From Mesoplasma florum L1 (GTDB taxonomy: Bacteria; Bacillota_I; Bacilli_A; Mycoplasmatales; Mycoplasmataceae): a DNA stretch of 32,000 nucleotides. The stretch lies in contig NC_006055.1 of assembly GCF_000008305.1 (NCBI RefSeq), forward strand, positions 690,001-722,000. Reading direction: 5' to 3'. Of this stretch, positions 1-14,182 are shown piece after piece (positions within the stretch are counted from its first letter, which is position 1; each line of letters opens with the position of its first letter). Both the position numbers and the translations under genes were made by a program. The notes beneath the pieces were generated by a model. That model was not told the DNA's origin. It made no database searches and saw nothing but the letters and a program-made list of their open reading frames with translations.

Positions 1-786
1 AAAAGTTTTAAAGATTTGTATCAAGTACCTTTATTAATTGTTGAAGAAGATGGTACAACACATTTTAGTGATGATAAGTTAGACGATAACTTTTTTTATG
101 ACTTATTAGAAAAGCAGGCTCTTAAAACTGCACAAACCACACCGGGTGAAATGTTAAAGGTTTGAGATAAACTTTTAACTGAATATGATCAAATAATATT
201 CTTGCCTTTATCAAAAGGATTAAGTGGTCAATTCAATACTTACAGAATGTTAAGTGAAACTGAAGAAGAGTACAAAGGTAAAGTCTTTGTTTGTGATACT
301 AACGGAGTAAGTATTATTAATCAAGAATTTGTTAAGAAAGTTGCCTTCTGAATTGCACAAAATAAAAGAGGTTTTGAAATAATGGAATTAGTTTCTAAAG
401 CAAATGAGGATTTCATTGGATACATAATTCCAAAAACTTTAGATACATTGAAGCGTGGTGGAAGAATTAGCCCTGCTGCAGCTAGTTTAGCAAAAATGTT
501 AAAAATTGTTCCCATATTAAGATATGATGGAAAAATAGATAAAGAAGCAACTGCAAGAACTTTTAAAAAAGCAGTTAATGAAGCATTGGATTTAATAAAG
601 AAAAATGCTAAAGGTGTTAAGGTTGTTGATATATCTTATTCAAGAATGCAACCAGAAACATTAGCAGAAGTCATTCAAATAATTGAAGAAAAGGGCTTTC
701 AAATAAATTTAAAAAGCCAAATAACTAGCGTTATTGCAGCTCATACTGGTAAAGAAACTTTAGCAATTGCTGTATGAAAGAAATAG
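1..786 (+). CDS. DegV family fatty-acid-binding protein (5' end outside window)
   Basis: Frame 1 is open from base 1 when TGA=Trp (in-frame TGA at 163-165, 349-351, 775-777). It absorbs track ORF 382..777 and ends at a true TAG stop, 784-786. The translation contains TAQTTPGEMLKVWDKLL, LSKGLSGQFNTYRM and PKTLDTLKRGGRISPAAASLAKML, which are typical DegV/FakB-like motifs. Confidence 0.85.
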
Positions 787-794
787 GAGGATTT

Positions 795-1646
795 ATGAAA
801 ATAGTTATTTTATTAGATAGTTCAGGAACTAATCAATCAGAAAAAATAAAAAATAAAAATATTGAGGTTTTACCTTTACACTTTACTTTCCCTAATGGAA
901 CAGATATGTTAGACACTCCAAAAGAAGTGAAAGAAAAAGGCATTATTAAATTAATTTCAGAGGGTGTTGATATCAAAACAAGTCAAGCTAGTCCAGGTGA
1001 AGTCGAAAACAAATATGACGAACTTTTAAAAACTTATGATCACATTTTTCATATCCCTATAACAGGTAATTTATCAAGTATGCTACAAACAGCAATGATG
1101 GTTTCAAGAGATGATAAATATATTGGAAAAGTTACTGTTTATGAAAATTTAAACATTGCAGCTCAAGCAATAGAACAAACGGCTCTTCATATTTCTAAAT
1201 TGTTAGAAGAAGGTAAAATTAAAACACCTGAAGAAATAACACAAGCAATTAAAGAATATGAAAAAGAAATGTATATTGCAATTCTTCCTGGTGATTTAAA
1301 AAGATTAACAAATGGTGGGAGAGGTAAAAAAGCTGTCACAACTGTCTTAAATATTTTAAAAACTAAAGTATTAATTAAATGAGAAGCTGAACCTAAAAAA
1401 GAAGCTATGGGTAGAACAATCAATTCAATAATGGATAGAATTACTAAAGTATATCATGAGAGCTATTCAAAAGGTTTTGAAATGGTTTTTGTTAGAACAC
1501 CTTTAACTTCTTCAAAAATATATGAAGCTGCTAGAGGAGCTTTAGTTGAAGCTAAAGTTAATTTTTCAGAAGAATTAATACCAAATATTTACACAGCACA
1601 TGCAGGTGTAGACACAATAGGTTTTATTATTACAAAAAAAATATAA
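795..1646 (+). CDS. DegV family fatty-acid-binding protein (second tandem paralog)
   Basis: ATG at 795 sits 5 nt after an AGGAGG Shine-Dalgarno (785-790). Track ORFs 774..1382 and 1407..1646 share a frame and are joined by TGA at 1380-1382. Stop is TAA 1644-1646. Motifs seen: KTSQASPGE, GNLSSMLQTA, LKRLTNGGRGKK. Confidence 0.85.
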
Positions 1647-1650
1647 AAAA

Positions 1651-1695
1651 TGAATTGGTGAAAGTTTTTAACTTCATCAATTCATTTTATTTTTT
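1651..1695. terminator. Bidirectional intrinsic terminator between degV (+) and the tRNA-Trp pair (-)
   Basis: Arms tgaattggtgaa (1651-1662) and ttcatcaattca (1673-1684) form a 12-bp stem with one G.U-type mismatch. The stem is flanked by an A-run upstream and a T-run downstream, so either strand gives a hairpin followed by a U-tract. Confidence 0.65.
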
Positions 1696-1698
1696 AAT

Positions 1699-1774
1699 TG
1701 GCAGAGGTAACAAGACTCGAACTCGTGACACTCGGTTTTGGAGACCGATGTTCTACCATCTGAACTATACCTCT
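1699..1774 (-). tRNA. trnW: tRNA-Trp, anticodon CCA (reads UGG)
   Basis: The reverse complement is AGAGGTATAGTTCAGATGGTAGAACATCGGTCTCCAAAACCGAGTGTCACGAGTTCGAGTCTTGTTACCTCTGCCA. It has a 7-bp acceptor stem AGAGGTA/TACCTCT, anticodon loop CT-CCA-AA, a TTCGAGT T-loop and an encoded 3' CCA (76 nt). Confidence 0.95.
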
Positions 1775-1799
1775 AAAAAAGTACTCAATAATGAGCACT
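1775..1799 (-). terminator. Intrinsic terminator/attenuator between the two tRNA-Trp genes
   Basis: The minus-strand RNA reads AGUGCUCA-UUAU-UGAGUACU-UUUUUU. This is an 8-bp stem (one G.U pair) followed directly by a U6 tract, lying between tRNA-Trp(UCA) and tRNA-Trp(CCA). Confidence 0.6.
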
Positions 1800-1815
1800 T
1801 TGTTTTTTTTAAAAT

Positions 1816-1891
1816 TGGCAGGGGCAGCAAGACTCGAACTCGCGACACTCGGTTTTGAAGACCGATGTTCTGCCAACTGAACTATGCCCCT
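1816..1891 (-). tRNA. trnW: tRNA-Trp, anticodon UCA (reads UGA and UGG)
   Basis: The reverse complement is AGGGGCATAGTTCAGTTGGCAGAACATCGGTCTTCAAAACCGAGTGTCGCGAGTTCGAGTCTTGCTGCCCCTGCCA. It has acceptor stem AGGGGCA/TGCCCCT, anticodon loop CT-TCA-AA and an encoded CCA. It is a close paralog of the downstream CCA gene, with about 10 differences in 76 nt. Confidence 0.95.
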
Positions 1892-1906
1892 ATTAAACAC
1901 TTAAAT

Positions 1907-1935
1907 ATTATAAATAAAAAAAAGGTTTTTTTCAA
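1907..1935 (-). promoter_or_regulatory. Sigma-70-type promoter for the tRNA-Trp pair
   Basis: On the minus strand there is TTGAAA (1935-1930), a 17-nt spacer, then TATAAT (1912-1907). The -10 element lies about 15 nt upstream of the tRNA-Trp(UCA) 5' end. Confidence 0.6.
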
Positions 1936-1956
1936 TCCTAATATGAAAGCGTTGTT

Positions 1957-2412
1957 TTATTTTGAGCTACAATTTTCGCAAATCACATGTATCTCTATCT
2001 TAATATGCTCTAATTTTTGCTTTTTATCTGAAATTATATGATCAAACTTATCAAAATCTATGTTCTTTATTTTATCAGCAGAAACATGTTCTATTTTTCC
2101 ACAACCATCACATTTAATGTGAGCAGATTTGTTTGTTGAAAGTTCATATCATATATTTTTACCATCAAAAGTATTTGATGTTATTATGTGTTCTTTTAGT
2201 AATAAATCTATAGTATTGTAAATACTCGCAAGATTTACATTTGATAAGTTTTTTTCAAGCTTTAATGTAAGTTGTTGAATATTAATGTGTTCAGAAATAA
2301 TAATAATCTTTATAATATTTGATCTTATTTCGGTAATTTTTATTGACTTTACTTTTAATTTATCAATTATTTCAAAATATTTTTCTTCTTGAATTTTATT
2401 TAACTTTAACAT
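1957..2412 (-). CDS. Fur-family metal-responsive transcriptional regulator (Fur/Zur/PerR type not resolved)
   Basis: Track ORF 2149..2412 continues through TGA (2149-2151) to a TAA stop at 1957-1959; I translated this codon by codon. The product is 151 aa with an N-terminal winged-helix-like region. It carries two CxxC pairs (HIKCDGCGKIEH and HVICENCSSK), as in the structural Zn site of Fur-family proteins. Confidence 0.7.
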
Positions 2413-2414
2413 AA

Positions 2415-2639
2415 TTATTTTGTTAGCTCAGCTATAACATTTTCTAAATCTTTAATTGTTTTTATTTCTAATAGTTTATCATCTGGCACAAATATTGATA
2501 AACGGTCTTCTAGCACTGTTATCATGTCCATTAAATCTAAAGAGTCTAAACCAATTGATGAAAATTGAGTCTCAGCTGTTAGATTACCTTTTGCACCCTT
2601 ACTTTTTAATTCTTTTATAATTTCGTTATGTATATTCAT
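2415..2639 (-). CDS. acpP: Acyl carrier protein
   Basis: The translation is MNIHNEIIKELKSKGAKGNLTAETQFSSIGLDSLDLMDMITVLEDRL..., with the phosphopantetheine-attachment motif GLDSLD. I prefer the ATG at 2639, preceded by AGGTGA, over the track's upstream GTG at 2648. Stop is at 2415-2417, 2 nt before the Fur-family start. Confidence 0.85.
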   Translation of the reverse strand: MNIHNEIIKELKSKGAKGNLTAETQFSSIGLDSLDLMDMITVLEDRLSIFVPDDKLLEIKTIKDLENVIAELTK

Positions 2640-2670
2640 TTTTATCACCTAAAGAAATTATAACATTTAA

Positions 2671-3006
2671 TTAAGCTTTTTCTAATTGGTAAAATCACTT
2701 ATAATTTTTATAATTATTTCAAATATTTACTTCTACTTTATTTAATTCAAAATCAAAACTTATGTTTTCCACATATGCTTGATTTTCTAGTTTTAATAAA
2801 AATACACTGATAAATTTGTCTTTATCAATATCACCATCTTTATTTATAAAAGATCTCCATTCATTATCTTTAAAAGTAACTTTTTTAATATTTAGATTAT
2901 CTACTATTTTGTTTCCAAAAAAATTGGCACTTGTTATAGCAAAATATAAGGTAACTAAGCCTGAACATAAAATTATAGATACCAAAAGAATTTTAAAAAA
3001 TTTCAT
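2671..3006 (-). CDS. Small membrane-anchored hypothetical protein (111 aa)
   Basis: Track ORF 2719..3006 is extended through TGA codons (2719-2721, 2695-2697) to TAA at 2671-2673. The N-terminus MKFFKILLVSIILCSGLVTLYFAI is a single hydrophobic anchor, not a canonical lipobox. The start overlaps the upstream gene by 14 nt. Confidence 0.6.
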
Positions 3007-4123
3007 AACCTTTTATCATCTCCTTTATTTCTTCTGCATTTAGTAAAATTAAAATTGTTCAAAATAATTTATCGAATTTATAAATAAATTTTTTACTATT
3101 TTGAATATTAAATTTTAAATTATCTATAAATTGATATTTATTGTAAGACTTAATTATTGAATTGAAGGTAAAGGTTTCGCCAAAAATATTTAATCTCATA
3201 ACCATGCATTGATCTAAATTTCAATTATACGGATTTATGTAAAGGCCATCTAATCCTTCATTTAACAATACTTTTTTTGTTTTTTCATCTAACACTGATA
3301 AACCATCGTAATTTATTAAAAACAAATTTTCATTTTCAACTAATTTAGCAGTTAATTTGCCTGAATAATAATTTTTAAAATCATTTTCATCATTTATTTT
3401 AAAATCTTCTAATATTAAATGAGGAAAAATTTTATTGTTTTTAGCTTGCTGAATTTCTTCTAATATAATCTTATTGTTATTTATTAAATGTTGATTTTCT
3501 TCATTAAAAGAAATTGTCATTTTAGCAAAATTTTTATAATACTTATTAACTTCTAATTGATTAAAATTTAAATTTAAATTTGCACTTAAAATACAATCTG
3601 ATGTTCATTTTTTGATTTCATTTTTAATATCATAATAAGTTAAATAATTAATTAAATTTATATTAATCTCATTATCTACTTTATTAAATGTTGGATTTAT
3701 TTTTATAAATCCTTTAGACTTATATTTTATTTCTTTAAATTCATGACTGAAACCAAAACTTAAATTTATTGCATGTTCTTCTTTTAAAGAAATTGGTATT
3801 TCAAATTCAAAAAATATTTTACTTTTATTATTTATTTCATAATTTTTAGTAATTGTTGAAGCTGGTTTAATTTCTTTTAAATCAGAATTATATAATTTGA
3901 AATCTAAATTTGTAATACCATAAATCTTTTTATATTCATCAACATCAACCATATTTGGATTTAGGTTTAAACTTACTAACATTTTAAAATAGCTATTTTT
4001 GTTAATAGTGTAAGGTTTATTTATAAAAACTATCTCTGGTGCTAAAAAAGATTGATTAGCATTTGAAATAATATTTTCTACCAAAATATCAGTATTAACT
4101 TCTTCTTTGATTTGGTTTAGCAT
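2993..4123 (-). CDS. Hypothetical protein (376 aa), no recognisable motif
   Basis: Track ORFs 3605..4123 and 3221..3520 are in one frame. The gaps contain only TGA codons (3605-3607, 3221-3223, 3059-3061), verified codon by codon, and the true stop is TAA 2993-2995. The start ATG 4123 is preceded by GAGGTGA. There is no signal peptide or TM segment, and the composition is Asn/Lys/Ile-rich. Confidence 0.65.
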
Positions 4124-4156
4124 TTGTTCACCTCATTTATAATTAAGCAAAAAGCG

Positions 4157-4186
4157 CAAAAAAAATAAGATGATTAACATCTTATT
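4157..4186 (-). terminator. Intrinsic terminator after ldh
   Basis: Arms aataagatg (4164-4172) and catcttatt (4178-4186) form a 9-bp perfect stem with a 5-nt loop. On the minus strand it is followed by a run of T (plus-strand A-run 4158-4165). Confidence 0.65.
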
Positions 4187-4197
4187 ATTAATTTTAA

Positions 4198-5151
4198 TTA
4201 AGCAATAGCTTCTTTTGCTTTTTGGTAAGTTGCATCTAAAGCATCACATGATTTTTTAAATGCTGCTTTTTCTGCATCTGATAGATCTCATTCAATGATT
4301 GTTTCTCATCCTTTTGACCCTAAAATAACAGGAACTCCAGTATAGAACCCTTTTTGTCCATATTCACCATTTAGTTTAGCACCTACCATGAATGTAGTTT
4401 TTTCGTCTCTCAAGATTGCTGATGAAATTGCATTTAAACAAACACCAATTCCGTAGTAAGTAGCACCTTTACGTTCAATAATTTCATAAGCCATTCTAAT
4501 AGCTCTAGTTCAACATTCTTCTAAATCAGCTTCAGTAATTTTTCCTTCTGCTAAGTATTTGCTAATTGGTTGACCCATAACTGTTGCTTTTGAGTACGCA
4601 GCAACTGATGAATCTCCATGTTCTCCCATAATATAAGCATTAACTGATTTAGGAGCCACATTTAATTTTTCAGCAACTAATCTTCTTAATCTAGCTGAAT
4701 CAAGTGTTGTTCCTGCTCCTACAACTGAATGTTCATCATAACCAGTTACTTGTTGATAAACAGTAGTTAAAACATCACATGGGTTTGAAGCAATAACAGT
4801 TACTCCATTGAATCCTGATGCTTTAATAGCTTCAGCTATACCTTTCATAATTCTTGAGTTATCTGCAATTAATTCTAATCTTGTTTCTCCAGGTCTTTGT
4901 GGGCGCCCAGCAGTAATAACAATTAAATCTGCATCTTTACAATCTTCGTAAGTTCCAGCTTTAATTGTAAAAGGTTTGTCTAAAACAGCCATTGTATCTT
5001 GGATATCAATTGCGTTCCCTTCTGCAGCTTTTGTATTAACATCGATTAATACGTATTCTTCAGCTAAACCTTGGTTTACTGCTGAATAAATAAATGACAT
5101 ACCAACTGCACCAGTACCAACTAATACAACTTTATTTGAAGTTTTTTTCAT
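4198..5151 (-). CDS. ldh: L-lactate dehydrogenase
   Basis: Track ORFs 4510..5151 and 4306..4494, plus a C-terminal tail, join across TGA codons (4510, 4306, 4288). Stop is TAA 4198-4200. Motifs seen: VVLVGTGAVG (NAD-binding GxGxxG), ITAGRPQRPGETRLEL, IMGEHGDS. AAGGAG precedes the start. Confidence 0.92.
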
Positions 5152-5260
5152 ATTTAATATCTCCTTATTATTTCTCTCTACACATATAATTATATTCTCT
5201 CTATTATAAAAAATTAACTCTTTTGATAGAGAAAATATTTTTTGTTTTTTAAGTTAAATA

Positions 5261-5288
5261 TAAAAAAGCATCATTTAACATGACGCTT
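5261..5288 (-). terminator. Intrinsic terminator after rpoC
   Basis: The minus-strand RNA reads AGCGUCAU-GUUAA-AUGAUGCU-UUUUUU (8-bp stem with one G.U pair, then a U-tract). It starts about 12 nt after the rpoC stop. Confidence 0.6.
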
Positions 5289-5299
5289 TTAAATAAATA

Positions 5300-9064
<3,765 letters not shown>

Positions 9065-9073
9065 TTTGACCTC

Positions 9074-12000
9074 CTATTCCTCTTCAAATGAAAGGTTTAT
9101 TTCACTTTCATCTACTTCTTCAAAACTATCTAGGTCTTCAATTTCAACAAGTGATATTGAGTCTTCAAAAGTTAATTTATCAATTGATGCATGTTTCATA
9201 CTTTCATCGTTAATTAAATCGTTGTCATCATCGTATGCATTAATTTGTGATTTATTACCTTTGTTATCTAATAAGTAAATATCAAATCCTAATCCCATAA
9301 TTTCTTTTGAAAGAACGTTAAATGATTCAGGTGTTCCTGGTGTAGGAATGTTTTTTGATCTTACGATAGCTTCATAAGTTTTTGTACGACCTTTTAAGTC
9401 ATCTGATTTAATAGTTAAGATTTCTCTTAGAGTATGAGCTGCCCCATAAGCTTCTAACGCTCAAACTTCCATTTCTCCAAAACGTTGTCCCCCGTTTTGT
9501 GCTTTTCCTCCAAGAGGTTGTTGAGTAATTAATGAGTATGGTCCAACACTTCTTGCGTGAAGTTTGTCATCAACCATGTGTGAAAGTTTCAACATGTACA
9601 TAACCCCAACAGAAATTGGTTTGTCAATTGCTTCCCCTGTTTGACCATCAATTAATTTAACTTTTCCATAGTTTTCCATTCCAGCTTCAGCCATGATTTC
9701 ATCTAAATCATTACTGTTAACTCCTTCGAAAACTGGAGTTGCAATTTTAACTCCTAATTTTTTAGCAGCCATTCCTAAATGGATTTCTAAGATTTGTCCA
9801 ATATTCATACGTGATGGAATCCCTTGTGGGTTCAATAGAATATCTACTGGTGTACCATCTTCTAAGTGAGGCATGTCTTCTACAGGTAACACTTTTGAGA
9901 TAATCCCTTTGTTACCGTGACGTCCTGACATTTTATCCCCTTCTTGGATTTTACGTTTTTGAACAATATAAACTTTAATTACTTCTAATACATCTGCTGG
10001 TAAATCAATACCATCTGGGTTCGCTGCTGATTTAGCTTTGAAACGTTTAACAGATTGAACAATACCTTCTCCACCATTTGGAACTTTTAATGAGTTATCT
10101 TTAACTGATCTTGATTTTTCTCCAAAGATAGCATGTAATAATTTATCTTCTGGTGATAATTGAGTTTGTCCTTTTGGAGTTACTTTACCAACTAAAATAT
10201 CTCCTGTTTTAACTTCAGTACCAATAGCTACAATACCTTCGTTATCTAAGTATTTTTTAGCATTGTCACTAATGTTTGGGATTTCTGAAGTAATTTCTTC
10301 AGCTCCTTGTTTTGTATTACGTACTTCTAATACATATTCATCAATATGAACTGAAGTAAATTTGTCTTCCATGATTACTCTTTCAGACATAACAATAGCA
10401 TCCTCAAAGTTGTAACCATTATATGTAGTAAAGGCAACAACTACGTTTTGTCCTAAAGCTAATTCTCCATTATCAACAGATGGACCATCGGCGATGATTT
10501 GACCTGCTTCTATTGAATCTCCAACTTTAACAATTGGTTTTTGTACAATTGAACTTCCGTTATTTGAACGTTCAAAGTTTGCTAATGTATAAGTTTTAAT
10601 TCCTGCTTTTGATTCAACAGTAATTTGTTTTGCATCTACGTATTTTACAATACCGTTTTCTGTAGCAACAATACATACTCCTGAATCTCTAGCTGCTTCA
10701 AATTCAATTCCTGTTCCAACGAATGGTGATTCTGGAACAATTGTAGGAACTGCTTGACGTTGCATGTTAGCACCCATAAGTGCACGGTTGGCATCATCGT
10801 TTTCTAAGAATGGAATTGCTGAAGTAGCAACAGAAACGATTTGTTTTGGTGAAACGTCGATAAATTGAACTTCACTTACTTTAGCAATGTAATCATCACC
10901 TTTGTAATGTGAAACAACAGTTTCATCTAAAATTTTTCCATTTTCATCTTTAGTAACGTTTGATTGAGAAATAATGTATTCTTTTTCTTCATCAGCTGAT
11001 AAATATTCATGTTCATTTTGAATTACACCATCAATAACTTTTAAGTAAGGTGTTCTAATAAATCCTAATTCATCAACAATAGCATAAGTTGATAAGTTGT
11101 TAATTAATCCAATGTTTGGTCCCTCTGGAGTTTCAATAGGACAGATTCTTCCATAGTGAGAAGGGTGAACGTCACGCACTTCTAAACTGGCACGGTCTCT
11201 TGATAATCCCCCAGGTCCTAAAGCAGTTAATCTACGTTTATTTGTTAATTCTGCTAATGGGTTTATTTGATCCATAAATTGTGATAATTGTGATAAGTTG
11301 AAGAACTCTCCAATTACAGCAGTTAATGGTTTTGCATTAATAATTGTTGAAACTTTAACTTTGTATAAATCACTTGTTGAAAGTTTTTCTTTAACGTTTT
11401 TATCAATACGTGTTAATCCCATTCTGAATTGATTTTGTAATAACTCTCCAACTGTTCTAACACGACGGTTAGCTAAGTTATCAATATCATCATATTCACC
11501 AATGTTGTACTCTAATCCTAATAAGTAAGAAACAGTAGCTACAATATCAACAACTGTAATGTGTTCTTCTTTTGAGTTAGGAGTAATTCCAACAATTGTA
11601 AATGTTTCATCTTTTGAGTTATTGTCTTGGTAAACTTTAACTTTTTGGATTTGACGTGAACCAGGGATATCTTCTCTGTATTCAATTGAAGAAACCATTA
11701 CACCATCTTGTGATAATGCATCAGAAACTTCTTTAATATTTGCTTTTGAAATTTCAGTATTTTTAGCAACTAAAATTTTTCCGCTAGCATCAACAATATC
11801 TTCAGCTAATATTCTTCCCATTAAACGATTTTTAACAGCTAATTTTTGTTGTAATTTGAATCTACCTGCTTTAGTTAAATCGTATTTTCTACGGTCAAAT
11901 AATAATCCGTTAATGTATTTTGATGCTCCATCAGAAGTAGCAGTTTCACCTTGTCTAATTTTTTTATAAATTTCTTGAACGTGTTGTGCTCAGTCTGCAT

Positions 12001-12928
12001 ATGTATCACCAGTATCGTTGTCATTTTTTAATGTTTCAACAATAACTTTATCTTTATCATAAATATTTAAGATTGTATCTCTATCTAATCCTAAGATTTT
12101 CAAGAATGATGTTGCAGTTGTTTTTCTTGATTTGTCGATTTTAACAAATAGTGAATTTGTTGTTTCAGCAGTTTTTTTAGTATCAGTTTCAAACTCTAAT
12201 CAAGTACCACGACTTGGGATAATATCACCATTGTATAGGCTTTCCCCTGTCTTGTTATTGATTTCTGTTTTGAAATATGAACCAGGTGATCTAACTAATT
12301 GTGAAACAATAACTTTTTGTGAACCATTAATAACAAATGTTCCGGCATCAGTCATTAGAGGGAAATCTCCAAAGAATACTTGTCCTCATTTTCTTACACT
12401 AACTTCTGCTACAATAATATCTTCTTTTTCTTCTAAAATTGTAATTTGGAATAAGTCATTTTTTTCTGTTCCTTTTAACTTAACATCAAAGAAATAAATG
12501 TTATCAGTGTTTTTAACAAGTGAAACGTTTTTTGAATCTGTTTTTTCAGCAATTCAATTTGATAATACTTTCTTAACATCTTTTTCTACAATTTCTTCAA
12601 ATTCTTTTGAAATGTCTTCAGTTTTTGTAAACATTAATTGCAAGTCTACATAAATTGGAGCATCATAGATTTTTGATTGCTCTTTTGCTTTTGATGGTGA
12701 AATTTTTGCTTCTTTAATTTCTCATCCTTCTAAGAAAAGAGATGCACTAGCATCATTTGAGCTCATTGCAAAAAATTCATTTAAAACTTCATCAATTCCT
12801 TTTGTTTTGAATCATTCGAAAGTTTTAGTTTGAATTTCGATTAAGTTTGGTAACTCAAGATTACCAGAAACTTTTCTATAATCACGTCTTTCAACGCCAC
12901 GGTTTACTTTTTTAATTTTATATGCCAT
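9074..12928 (-). CDS. rpoB: DNA-directed RNA polymerase subunit beta
   Basis: Track ORFs 9074..9298 and 9461..11821 share a frame with the ATG at 12928 (N-terminus [20 protein letters not shown], verified). Motifs seen: [25 protein letters not shown]. The true stop is TAG at 9074-9076, only 9 nt before the rpoC ATG. Length is 3855 nt, divisible by 3. Confidence 0.95.
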
Positions 12929-12942
12929 GTTGTTTCCTTTCA

Positions 12943-14100
12943 TTATTCTAATATATATTTATATTTATTTAATTGCTTATCAGCAACTGTAAAGTTTGCG
13001 TCATTTTTTGTAACTTTGACTATGTTAGCACTTTTAAGGTTTTCTAAAGCATCCTTAATTTCTTGTTTTTTAACTGCTGCGTAACCTGCAATTTTTAATT
13101 TGTCAGTAATTCTTTTAACAGAAACTTCTTTAGTTCTTTCTGTCAAAATACTAATTAACACAATAAGTTCATAATCACTTGGAAAAAATTTTGATCTAAC
13201 TTCTAAATCTTGCGCTATTCATTCTTTTACCAAAGAAGCTATAAAACCTCTTTTTACAGAATCTTGCAAATGTTTTTTAACAACTTTTAAAAGGTTATTT
13301 ACATTTAAATTGTTAACGAAAGATTCATTAATTTTTTCAATAATTTCATCTCAGTGATTTAGCAAATCAAAAATTCAAATTTGAAATATTTCTTTCTCTT
13401 TAGATTGACCAATGAATCAAAGACTCATAAGCAAAGCTAATGTTGAATTGAATTTTTGATAAGGTTGAATAATTAAAATCTGTAAGAAAATAATTATTGC
13501 TTTTGTAAAACCATCAAAAGAATTTTCAGGTGTATCATTTATAAATTTGAATAAGCCTTTTAGTTCATCATCTATTGATTCAAAGTTAATTAAAACATCA
13601 GTCAAAAGTTTTTTATTGTCTGTTCTATAATAATTAGCTTTTCTGTCTAAGTTAAACTCTGTATTCCTGAATAATATATGAATTAACAACTCATAGTTAT
13701 CTTCATTAATTTCAAAGTCAGCTTTTTTGACCAATCTAACAGCTTCAATTAAATTCATTGCTAGTTTTTCTTTTTTAGTTTTTGGTTTAGCTCCGTTTTC
13801 AATTCTTCTAATCATGTTGTGAATAGAAATAGTTGAAGATCCTTCTGCCAAGTTTTCCAAAAACATCAATGAAGATATATTGCTAGTTAGAATAAAATCA
13901 TTTAATTCCTTATTCTTAGTAAATGTATATGCTTGAAAGTAGTTTGTTAAGTACTTATCTCCTTCAATTTCTTGAACTGGTTCAAAATTCATTTTTTGCA
14001 TTATTGAAAGTGGAAAGTCTAAAGTCAAATAACTTTGTTCTTCAACAATTTGATTCATTGAATCAATAATCTTTTTATTTAAAAAATAGTTTAGACTCAT
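12943..14100 (-). CDS. Fic-fold protein with degenerate active-site motif and C-terminal winged-helix-like domain (385 aa)
   Basis: Track ORFs 13417..14100 and 12943..13161 are in one frame. The 255-nt gap contains only TGA codons (13417, 13375, 13351, 13219), translated codon by codon. GGAGGA precedes the ATG at 14100. The layout matches Fic_N + Fic + wHTH proteins, but the HxFx(D/E)GNGRxxR position reads QPYQKFNSTLAL (13432-13467). The N-terminal SxxxEG inhibitory-helix position reads SSTISI (13822-13839). Confidence 0.6.
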
Positions 14101-14182
14101 ATGACTTCCTCCAATATTTCTTTTGCAAAAAAAATGAGGATAGCAGAAGCTCTTAACTAACTAAACTATACTCGATTATTAT

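Noticed and set aside
1655-1900. Track ORFs 1655..1858 (+) and 1694..1900 (-), with repeated peptides (GRGNKTRTRDTRFW / GRGSKTRTRDTRF)
   Set aside because: They are translations of the two paralogous tRNA-Trp genes and the spacer. The internal repeat is the tRNA duplication, not a protein repeat.
321-3043. Antisense ORFs 321..515 (-), 1187..1423 (-) and 2816..3043 (+)
   Set aside because: They are embedded antisense in the DegV genes and the small membrane-protein gene. They have no start context and hydrophobic junk-like sequence.
9074-9300. Highly acidic C-terminal tail of RpoB (…[23 protein letters not shown]), considered as a possible fused extra domain
   Set aside because: Acidic, poorly conserved C-terminal tails are common on RpoB in Firmicutes-related bacteria. 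It is in frame, with no junction signal, and the rpoC Shine-Dalgarno sits normally at its end.
12943-14100. Calling the Fic-like gene an active AMPylase or Doc-type toxin
   Set aside because: The catalytic His and the GNGR phosphate-binding loop are absent (QPYQKFNST). No small antitoxin-like ORF is adjacent, so an enzymatic toxin role is not supported by the sequence.
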